This document shows, piece by piece, positions 1 to 10,900 of a stretch of DNA of 64,000 bases. Positions within the stretch are counted from its first letter, which is position 1, and each line of letters starts with the position of its first letter. The translations under genes and the position numbers were made by a program. Origin of the DNA: Antedon mediterranea (taxonomy: Eukaryota; Animalia; Echinodermata); assembly GCF_964355755.1 (NCBI RefSeq), contig NC_092680.1, positions 11,594,001 through 11,658,000 of the forward strand, written 5' to 3'. A model generated the notes under the pieces. It was not told the DNA's origin. It saw nothing but the letters and a program-made list of their open reading frames with translations, and made no database searches.

Positions 1-428
1 ATGGTCTAAAACGGTTTCTAATGTGATTTTAAGCACTTTGATGTTTTTGTGTAACCAAGTTTTTTCGAAAATCACAAAATAGTCTAAAACGTCTCCAAAT
101 GCGATTTGATGCTTTTCTAAGCACTTTGGTGTTTTTATGTTAACAAGTTTTTTCGAAAATCACAAAATGGTCTAAAACGTCTCCAAATGCGATTTGAGGA
201 TATTCTGAGCACTTTGGTGTTTTTTTGTTAAAAAGTTTTTTCGAAAATCACAAAATGGTCTAAAACGTCTCCAAATGCGATTTGAAGCTATTCTGTACAC
301 TTTGATGTTTTGTGTGAAAAAGTTTTGTCGAAATGCTCAAAATGGTCTAAAACGTTTTTAAATACGATATTAAGCTATTTTGTTATCTTTGATGTTTTTG
401 TGTGAAAAGTTTTATCGAAATGCTCAAA
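1..428 (+). repeat. Exemplar 5-monomer module S1(78)-B(88)-C(88)-D(87)-E(87) = 428 bp
   Basis: S1 1-78 (CGGTTTCTAATGTGATTTTAAGCAC), B 79-166 (CTTTTCTAAGCAC...TGTTAACAAG), C 167-254 (GATATTCTGAGCAC...GTTAAAAAG), D 255-341 (CTATTCTGTACAC...GTGAAAAAG), E 342-428 (CGTTTTTAAATACGATATTAAGC). Lengths are from anchor spacing. Confidence 0.95.
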
Positions 429-1539
429 ATGGTCTAAAACGGTTTCTATTGTGATTTTGAGCACTTTGATGATTTTGTGTAACCAAGTTTCATCGAAATG
501 TACAAAATGGTCTAAAACGTCTCCAAATGCGATTTGAAGCTATTCTAAGTACTTTTGTGTTTTTATGTTAACAAGTTTTTTCGAAAATCACAAAATGGTC
601 TAAAACGTCTCAAAATGCGATTTGAAGCTATTCTGTACACTTTGATGTTTTGTGTGAAAAAGTTTTGTCGAAATGCTCAAAATGGTCTAAAACGTTTTTA
701 AAACGATATTAAGCTATTTTGTGCTCTTTGATGTTTTTGTGTAACCAAGTTTCATCGAAATCAACAAAATGGTCTAATACGTCTCCAAATGCGATTTGAA
801 GCTTTTCCAAGCTTTTTGCTGTTTTTATGTTAAGTTTTTTCGAAAATCACAAAATGGTCTAAAACGTCTTCAAATGCGATTTGAAGCTATTCTGTACACT
901 TTGATGTTTTGTGTGAAAAAGTTTTGTCGAAATGCTCAAAATGGTCTAAAACGTTTTTAAATACGATATTAAGCTATTTTGTGATCTTTGATGTTTTTGT
1001 GTGAAAAGTTTTATCAAAATGCTCAAAATGGTCTGAAACGGTTTCTAATGCGATTTGAAGCTATTCTGTACACTTTGAAGTTTTGTGTGAAAAAGTTTTC
1101 TCGAAATGCTCAAAATGGTCTAAAACGTTTTTATATACCATATTAAGCTATTTTGTGCACTTTGATGTTTTTTTTGAAAAGTTTTATCGAAATGCTCAAA
1201 ATGGTCTAAAACGGTTTCTATTGGGATTTTAAGCACTTTGATGATTTTGTGTAACCAAGTTTCATCGAAAATCACAAAATGGTCTAAAACGTCTCCAAAT
1301 GCGATTTGAAGCTTTTCTAAGCACTTTTGTGTTTTTATGTTAACAAGTTTTTTCGAAAATCACAAAATGGTCTAAAACGTCTTCAAATGCGATTTGAAGC
1401 TATTCTGTACACTTTTATGTTTTGTGTGAAAAAGTTTTGTCGAAATTCTCAAAATGGTCTAAAACGTTTTTAAATACGATATTAAGCTGTTTTGTGCACT
1501 TTGATGATTTGTGTGAAAAGTTTTAACGAAATGCTCAAA
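429..1539 (+). repeat. Exemplars of the derived monomer types S2, B2, F, B3, G, H and E2
   Basis: S2 429-506 (78 bp, CTATTGTGAT...AAATGTAC), B2 507-594 (AAGTACTT), F 682-768 (TTTTTAAAACGAT...GTAACCAAG), B3 769-853 (85 bp, TCTAATAC and a 3-bp deletion), G 1028-1114 (CGGTTTCTAATGCGAT...TTTGAAG), H 1115-1200 (TATATACCAT), E2 1454-1539 (86 bp, CTGTTTTGTGCAC...TTTTAACG). Confidence 0.9.
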
Positions 1540-3158
1540 ATGGTCTAAAACGGTTTCTAATGTTATTTTAAGCACTTTGATGTTTTTGTGTAACCAAGTT
1601 TTTTCGAAAATCACAAAATAGTCTAAAACGTCTCCAAATGCGATTTGAAGCTTTTCTAAGCACTTTGGTGTTTTTATGTTAACAAGTTTTTTCGAAAATC
1701 ACAAAATGGTCTAAAACGTCTCCAAATGCGATTTGAGGATATTCTGAGCACTTTGGTGTTTTTTTGTTAAAAAGTTTTTTAAAAAATCACAAAATGGTCT
1801 AAAACGTCTCCAAATGCGATTTGAAGCTATTCTGTACACTTTGATGTTTTGTGTGAAAAAGTTTTGTCGAAATGCTCAAAATGGTCTAAAACGTTTTTAA
1901 AACGATATTAAGCTATTTTGTGCTCTTTGATGTTTTTGTGTAACCAAGTTTCATCGAAATCAACAAAATGGTCTAATACGTCTCCAAATGCGATTTGAAG
2001 CTTTTCCAAGCTTTTTGCTGTTTTTATGTTAAGTTTTTTCGAAAATCACAAAATGGTCTAAAACGTCTTCAAATGCGATTTGAAGCTATTCTGTACACTT
2101 TGATGTTTTGTGTGAAAAAGTTTTGTCGAAATGCTCAAAATGGTCTAAAACGTTTTTAAATACGATATTAAGCTATTTTGTGATCTTTGATGTTTTTGTG
2201 TGAAAAGTTTTATCAAAATGCTCAAAATGGTCTGAAACGGTTTCTAATGCGATTTGAAGCTATTCTGTACACTTTGAAGTTTTGTGTGAAAAAGTTTTCT
2301 CGAAATGCTCAAAATGGTCTAAAACGTTTTTATATACCATATTAAGCTATTTTGTGCACTTTGATGTTTTTTTTGAAAAGTTTTATCGAAATGCTCAAAA
2401 TGGTCTAAAACGGTTTCTATTGGGATTTTAAGCACTTTGATGATTTTGTGTAACCAAGTTTCATCGAAAATCACAAAATGGTCTAAAACGTCTCCAAATG
2501 CGATTTGAAGCTTTTCTAAGCACTTTTGTGTTTTTATGTTAACAAGTTTTTTCGAAAATCACAAAATGGTCTAAAACGTCTTCAAATGCGATTTGAAGCT
2601 ATTCTGTACACTTTTATGTTTTGTGTGAAAAAGTTTTGTCGAAATTCTCAAAATGGTCTAAAACGTTTTTAAATACGATATTAAGCTGTTTTGTGCACTT
2701 TGATGATTTGTGTGAAAAGTTTTAACGAAATGCTCAAAATGGTCTAAAACGGTTTCTAATGTTATTTTAAGCACTTTGATGTTTTTGTGTAACCAAGTTT
2801 TTTCGAAAATCACAAAATAGTCTAAAACGTCTCCAAATGCGATTTGAAGCTTTTCTAAGCACTTTGGTGTTTTTATGTTAACAAGTTTTTTCGAAAATCA
2901 CAAAATGGTCTAAAACGTCTCCAAATGCGATTTGAGGATATTCTGAGCACTTTGGTGTTTTTTTGTTAAAAAGTTTTTTAAAAAATCACAAAATGGTCTA
3001 AAACGTCTCCAAATGCGATTTGAAGCTATTCTGTACACTTTGATGTTTTGTGTGAAAAAGTTTTGTCGAAATGCTCAAAATGGTCTAAAACGTTTTTAAA
3101 ACGATATTAAGCTATTTTGTGCTCTTTGATGTTTTTGTGTAACCAAGTTTCATCGAAA
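613..3158 (+). repeat. Tandem duplication of a 14-monomer unit, period 1199 bp (about 2.1 copies)
   Basis: D starts at 595, 1794 and 2993. Shared rare variants at +1199: AATGTTATTTT (about 1559/2758) and TTTTTTAAAAAATCAC in C (about 1775/2974). Confidence 0.93.
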
Positions 3159-4332
3159 ATCACAAAATGGTCTAAAACGTCTCAAAATGCGATTTGAAGC
3201 TTTTCTAAGCACTTTGGTGTTTTTATGTTAACAAGTTTTTTCGAAAATCACGAAATGGTCTAAAATGTCTCCAAATGCGATTTGAAGATATTCTGAGCAC
3301 TTTGGTGTTTTTATGTTAAAAAGTTTTTTCGAAAATCACAAAATGGTCTAAAACGTCTCCAAATGCGATTTGAAGCTCTTCTGTACACTTTGATGTTTTG
3401 TGTGAAAAAGTTTTGTCGAAATGCTCAAAATGGTCTAAAACGTTTTTAAATACGATATTAAGCTGTTTTGTGCACTTTGATGATTTGTGTGAAAAGTTTT
3501 AACGAAATGCTCAAAATGGTCTAAAACGGTTTCTAATGTGATTTTAAGCACTTTGATGTTTTTGTGTAACCAAGTTTTTTCGAAAATCACAAAATAGTCT
3601 AAAACGTCTCCAAATGCGATTTGAAGCTTTTCTAAGCCCTTTGGTGTTTTTATGTTAACAAGTTTTTTCGAAAATCACAAAATGGTCTAAAACGTCTCCA
3701 AATGCGATTTGAGGATATTCTGAGCACTTTGGTGTTTTTTTGTTAAAAAGTTTTTTCGAAAATCACAAAATGGTCTAAAACGTCTCCAAATGCGATTTGA
3801 AGCTATTCTGTACACTTTGATGTTTTGTGTGAAAAAGTTTTGTCGAAATGCTCAAAATGGTCTAAAACGTTTTTAAATACGATATTAGGCTATTTTGTGA
3901 TCTTTGATGTTTTTGTGTGAAAAGTTTTATCGAAATGCTCAAAATGGTCTAAAACGGTTTCTAATGCGATTTGAAGCTATTCTGTACACTTTGAAGTTTT
4001 GTGTGAAAAAGTTTTCTCGAAATTCTCAAAATGGTCTAAATCGTTTTTATATACCATATTAAGCTATTTTGTGCACTTTGATGTTTTTTGTGAAAAGTTT
4101 TATCGAAATTCTCAAAATGGTCTAAAACGGTTTCTATTGTGATTTTAAGCACTTTGATGATTTTGTGTAACCAAGTTTCATCGAAATGTACAAAATGGTC
4201 TAAAACGTCTCCAAATGCGATTTGAAGCTATTCTAAGTACTTTTGTGTTTTTATGTTAACAAGTTTTTTCGAAAATCACAAAATGGTCTAAAACGTCTTC
4301 AAATGCGATTTGAAGCTATTCTGTACACTTTG

Positions 4333-7300
4333 ATGTTTTGTGTGAAAAAGTTTTGTCGAAATGCTCAAAATGGTCTAAAACGTTTTTAAAACGATATTAA
4401 GCTATTTTGTGCTCTTTGATGTTTTTGTGTAACCAAGTTTCATCGAAAATCACAAAATGGTCTAAAACGTCTCCAAATGCGATTTGAAGCTTTTCTAAGC
4501 ACTTTGGTGTTTTTATGTTAACAAGTTTTTTCGAAAATCACAAAATGGTCTAAAACGTCTCCAAATGCGATTTGAAGCTCTTCTGTACACTTTGATGTTT
4601 TGTGGGAAAAAGTTTTGTCGAAATTCTCAAAATGGTCTAAAACGTTTTTAAATACGATATTAAGCTGTTTTGTGCACTTTGATGATTTGTGTGAAAAGTT
4701 TTAACGAAATGCTCAAAATGGTCAAAAACGGTTTCTAATGTGATTTTAAGCACTTTGATGTTTTTGTGTAACCAAGTTTTTTCGAAAATCACAAAATAGT
4801 CTAAAACGTCTCCAAATGCGATTTGAAGCTATTCTGTACACTTTGATGTTTTGTGTGAAAAAGTTTTGTCGAAATGCTCAAAATGGTCTAAAACGTTTTT
4901 AAATACGATATTAAGCTATTTTGTGATCTTTGATGTTTTTGTGTGAAAAGTTTTATCGAAATGCTCAAAATGGTCTAAAACGTTTTTAAAACGATATTAA
5001 GCTATTTTGTGCTCTTTGATGTTTTTGTGTAACCAAGTTTCATCGAAAATCACAAAATCGTCTAAAACGTCGCCAAATGCGATTTGAAGCTTTTCTAAGC
5101 ACTTTGGTGTTTTTATTTTAACAAGTTTTTTCGAAAATCACGAAATGGTCTAAAATATCTCCAAATGCGATTTGAAGATATTCTGAGCACTTTGGTGTTT
5201 TTATGTTAAAAAGTTTTTTCGAAAATCACAAAATGGTCTAAAACGTCTCCAAACGCGATTTGAAGCTCTTCTGTACACTTTGATGTTTTGTGTGAAAAAG
5301 TTTTGTCGAAATTCTCAAAATGGTCTAAAAGGTTTTTAAATACGATATTAAGCTGTTTTGTGCACTTTGATGATTTGTGTGAAAAGTTTTAACGAAATGC
5401 TCAAAATGGTCAAAAACGGTTTCTAATGTGATTTTAAGCACTTTGATGTTTTTGTGTAACCAAGTTTTTTCAAAAATCACAAATTGGTCTAAAACGTCTC
5501 CAAATGCGATTTGAAGCTTTTCTAAGCACTTTGGTGTTTTTATGTTAACAAGTTTTTTCGAAAATCACAAAATGGTCTAAAACGTCTCCAAATGCGATTT
5601 GAAGATATTCTGAGCACTTTGGTGTTTTTATGTTAAAAAGTTTTTTCGAAAATCACAAAATAGTCTAAAACGTCTCCAAATGCGATTTGAAGCTATTCTG
5701 TACACTTTGATGTTTTGTGTGAAAAAGTTTTGTCGAAATGCTCAAAATGGTCTAAAACGTTTTTAAAACGATTTTATTAAGCTATTTTGTGCTCTTTGAT
5801 TTTTTTGTGTAACCAAGTTTCATCGAAAATCACAAAATGGTCTAAAACGTCTCAAAATGCGATTTGAAGCTTTTCTAAGCACTTTGGTGTTTTTATCTTA
5901 ACAAGTTTTTTCGAAAATCACGAAATGGTCTAAAATGTCTCCAAATGCGATTTGAAGATATTCTGAGCACTTTGGTGTTTTTATGTTAAAAAGTTTTTTC
6001 GAAAATCACAAAATGGTCTAAAACGTCTCCAAATGCGATTTGAAGCTCTTCTGTACACTTTGATGTTTTGTGTGAAAAAGTTTTGTCGAAATGCTCAAAA
6101 TGGTCTAAAACGTTTTTAAATACGATATTAAGCTGTTTTGTGCACTTTGATGATTTGTGTGAAAAGTTTTAACGAAATGCTCAAAATGGTCTAAAACGGT
6201 TTCTAATGTGATTTTAAGCACTTTGATGTTTTTGTGTAACCAAGTTTTTTCGAAAATCACAAAATAGTCTAAAACGTCTCCAAGTGCGATTTGAAGCTTT
6301 TCTAAGCACTTTGGTGTTTTTATGTTAACAAGTTTTTTCGAAAATCACAAAATGGTCTAAAACGTCTCCAAATGCGATTTGAGGATATTCTGAGCACTTT
6401 GGAGTTTTTTTGTTAAAAAGTTTTTTCGAAAATCACAAAATGGTCTAAAACGTCTCCAAATGCGATTTGAAGCTATTCTGTACACTTTGATGTTTTGTGT
6501 GAAAAAGTTTTGTCGAAATGCTCAAAATGGTCTAAAACGTTTTTAAATACGATATTAAGCTATTTTGTGATCTTTGATGTTTTTGTGTGAAAAGTTTTAT
6601 CGAAATGCTCAAAATGGTCTAAAACGGTTTCTATTGTGATTTTAAGCACTTTGATGATTTTGTGTAACCAAGTTTCATCGAAATGTACAAAATGGTCTAA
6701 AACGTCTCCAAATGCGATTTGAAGCTATTCTAAATACTTTTGTGTTTTTATGTTAACAAGTTTTTTCGAAAATCACAAAATGGTCTAAAACGTCTCAAAA
6801 TGCGATTTGAAGCTATTCTGTACACTTTGATGTTTTGTGTGAAAAAGTTTTGTCGAAATGCTCAAAATGGTCTAAAACGTTTTTAAAACGATATTAAGCT
6901 ATTTTGTGCTCTTTGATGTTTTTGTGTAACCAAGTTTCATCGAAATCAACAAAATGGTCTAATACGTCTCCAAATGCGATTTGAAGCTTTTCCAAGCTTT
7001 TTGCTGTTTTTATGTTAAGTTTTTTCGAAAATCACAAAATGGTCTAAAACGTCTTCCAATGCGATTTGAAGCTATTCTGTACACTTTGATGTTTTGTGTG
7101 AAAAAGTTTTGTCGAAATGCTCAAAATGGTCTAAAACGTTTTTAAATACGATATTAAGCTATTTTGTGATCTTTGATGTTTTTGTGTGAAAAGTTTTATC
7201 AAAATGCTCAAAATGGTCTGAAACGGTTTCTAATGCGATTTGAAGCTATTCTGTACACTTTGAAGTTTTGTGTGAAAAAGTTTTCTCGAAATGCTCAAAA

Positions 7301-10300
7301 TGGTCTAAAACGTTTTTATATACCATATTAAGCTATTTTGTGCACTTTGATGTTTTTTTTTAAAAGTTTTATCGAAATGCTCAAAATGGTCTAAAACGGT
7401 TTCTATTGGGATTTTAAGCACTTTGATGATTTTGTGTAACCAAGTTTCATCGAAAATCACAAAATGGTCTAAAACGTCTCCAAATGCGATTTGAAGCTTT
7501 TCTAAGCACTTTTGTGTTTTTATGTTAACAAGTTTTTTCGAAAATCACAAAATGGTCTAAAACGTCTTCAAATGCGATTTGAAGCTATTCTGTACACTTT
7601 TATGTTTTGTGTGAAAAAGTTTTGTCGAAATGCTCAAAATGGTCTAAAACGTTTTTAAAACGATATTAAGCTATTTTGTGCTCTTTGATGTTTTTGTGTA
7701 ACCAAGTTTCATCGAAAATCACAAAATGGTCTAAAACGTCTCCAAATGCGATTTGAAGCTTTTCTAAGCACTTTGGTGTTTTTATGTTAACAAGTTTTTT
7801 CGAAAATCACAAAATGGTCTAAAACGTCTCCAAATGCGATTTGAAGCTCTTCTGTACACTTTGATGTTTTGTGGGAAAAAGTTTTGTCGAAATTCTCAAA
7901 ATGGTCTAAAACGTTTTTAAATACGATATTAAGCTGTTTTGTGCACTTTGATGATTTGTGTGAAAAGTTTTAACGAAATGCTCAAAATGGTCAAAAACGG
8001 TTTCTAATGTGATTTTAAGCACTTTGATGTTTTTGTGTAACCAAGTTTTTTCGAAAATCACAAAATGGTCTAAAACGTCTCCAAATGCGATTTGAAGCTA
8101 TTCTGTACACTTTGATGTTTTGTGTGAAAAAGTTTTGTCGAAATGCTCAAAATGGTCTAAAACGTTTTTAAATACGATATTAAGCTATTTTGTGATCTTT
8201 GATGTTTTTGTGTGAAAAGTTTTATCGAAATGCTCAAAATGGTCTAAAACGTTTTTAAAACGATATTAAGCTATTTTGTGCTCTTTGATGTTTTTGTGTA
8301 ACCAAGTTTCATCGAAAATCACAAAATGGTCTAAAACGTCGCCAAATGCGATTTGAAGCTTTTCTAAGCACTTTGGTGTTTTTATGTTAACAAGTTTTTT
8401 CGAAAATCACGAAATGGTCTAAAATATCTCCAAATGCGATTTGAAGATATTCTGAGCACTTTGGTGTTTTTATGTTAAAAAGTTTTTTCGAAAATCACAA
8501 AATGGTCTAAAACGTCTCCAAACGCGATTTGAAGCTCTTCTGTACACTTTGATGTTTTGTGTGAAAAAGTTTTGTCGAAATTCTCAAAATGGTCTAAAAG
8601 GTTTTTAAATACGATATTAAGCTGTTTTGTGCACTTTGATGATTTGTGTGAAAAGTTTTAACGAAATGCTCAAAATGGTCAAAAACGGTTTCTAATGTGA
8701 TTTTAAGCACTTTGATGTTTTTGTGTAACCAAGTTTTTTCAAAAATCACAAAATGGTCTAAAACGTCTCCAAATGCGATTTGAAGCTTTTCTAAGCACTT
8801 TGGTGTTTTTATGTTAACAAGTTTTTTCGAAAATCACAAAATGGTCTAAAACGTCTCCAAATGCGATTTGAAGATATTCTGAGCACTTTGGTGTTTTTAT
8901 GTTAAAAAGTTTTTTCGAAAATCACAAAATAGTCTAAAACGTCTCCAAATGCGATTTGAAGCTATTCTGTACACTTTGATGTTTTGTGTGAAAAAGTTTT
9001 GTCGAAATGCTCAAAATGGTCTAAAACGTTTTTAAAACGATATTATTAAGCTATTTTGTGCTCTTTGATTTTTTTGTGTAACCAAGTTTCATCGAAAATC
9101 ACAAAATGGTCTAAAACGTCTCAAAATGCGATTTGAAGCTTTTCTAAGCACTTTGGTGTTTTTATCTTAACAAGTTTTTTCGAAAATCACGAAATGGTCT
9201 AAAATGTCTCCAAATGCGATTTGAAGATATTCTGAGCACTTTGGTGTTTTTATGTTAAAAAGTTTTTTCGAAAATCACAAAATGGTCTAAAACGTCTCCA
9301 AATGCGATTTGAAGCTCTTCTGTACACTTTGATGTTTTGTGTGAAAAAGTTTTGTCGAAATGCTCAAAATGGTCTAAAACGTTTTTAAATACGATATTAA
9401 GCTGTTTTGTGCACTTTGATGATTTGTGTGAAAAGTTTTAACGAAATGCTCAAAATGGTCTAAAACGGTTTCTAATGTGATTTTAAGCACTTTGATGTTT
9501 TTGTGTAACCAAGTTTTTTCGAAAATCACAAAATAGTCTAAAACGTCTCCAAATGCGATTTGAAGCTTTTCTAAGCACTTTGGTGTTTTTATGTTAACAA
9601 GTTTTTTCGAAAATCACAAAATGGTCTAAAACGTCTCCAAATGCGATTTGAGGATATTCTGAGCACTTTGGTGTTTTTTTGTTAAAAAGTTTTTTCGAAA
9701 ATCACAAAATGGTCTAAAACGTCTCCAAATGCGTTTTGAAGCTATTCTGTACACTTTGATGTTTTGTGTGAAAAAGTTTTGTCGAAATGCTCAAAATGGT
9801 CTAAAACGTTTTTAAATACGATATTAAGCTATTTTGTGATCTTTGATGTTTTTGTGTGAAAAGTTTTATCGAAATGCTCAAAATGGTCTAAAACGGTTTC
9901 TATTGTGATTTTAAGCACTTTGATGATTTTGTGTAACCAAGTTTCATCGAAATGTACAAAATGGTCTAAAACGTCTCCAAATGCGATTTGAAGCTATTCT
10001 AAATACTTTTGTGTTTTTATGTTAACAAGTTTTTTCGAAAATCACAAAATGGTCTAAAACGTCTCAAAATGCGATTTGAAGCTATTCTGTACACTTTGAT
10101 GTTTTGTGTGAAAAAGTTTTGTCGAAATGCTCAAAATGGTCTAAAACGTTTTTAAAACGATATTAAGCTATTTTGTGCTCTTTGATGTTTTTGTGTAACC
10201 AAGTTTCATCGAAATCAACAAAATGGTCTAATACGTCTCCAAATGCGATTTGAAGCTTTTCCAAGCTTTTTGCTGTTTTTATGTTAAGTTTTTTCGAAAA

Positions 10301-10900
10301 TCACAAAATGGTCTAAAACGTCTTCAAATGCGATTTGAAGCTATTCTGTACACTTTGATGTTTTGTGTGAAAAAGTTTTGTCGAAATGCTCAAAATGGTC
10401 TAAAACGTTTTTAAATACGATATTAAGCTATTTTGGGATCTTTGATGTTTTTGTGTGAAAAGTTTTATCAAAATGCTCAAAATGGTCTGAAACGGTTTCT
10501 AATGCGATTTGAAGCTATTCTGTACACTTTGAAGTTTTGTGTGAAAAAGTTTTCTCGAAATGCTCAAAATGGTCTAAAACGTTTTTATATACCATATTAA
10601 GCTATTTTGTGCACTTTGATGTTTTTTTTTAAAAGTTTTATCGAAATGCTCAAAATGGTCTAAAACGGTTTCTATTGGGATTTTAAGCACTTTGATGATT
10701 TTGTGTAACCAAGTTTCATCGAAAATCACAAAATGGTCTAAAACGTCTCCAAATGCGATTTGAAGCTTTTCTAAGCACTTTTGTGTTTTTATGTTAACAA
10801 GTTTTTTCGAAAATCACAAAATGGTCTAAAACGTCTTCAAATGCGATTTGAAGCTATTCTGTACACTTTTATGTTTTGTGTGAAAAAGTTTTGTCGAAAT
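4333..10900 (+). repeat. Tandem duplication, period 3269 bp (2 copies, about 10 substitutions seen)
   Basis: Markers at a constant +3269: TGTGGGAAAA 4601/7870, CGCCAAAT 5071/8340, AAACGCG 5251/8520, TAAATAC 6731/10000, long T-run in H 7351/10620. Confidence 0.93.

Noticed and set aside
3239-3256. CENP-B-box-like motif TTCGAAAATCACGAAA, with two CpGs at box-like spacing
   Set aside because: It matches only 6 of the 9 essential positions of NTTCGNNNNANNCGGGN, lacking the A and the terminal GG on both strands. It cannot be called a CENP-B box.
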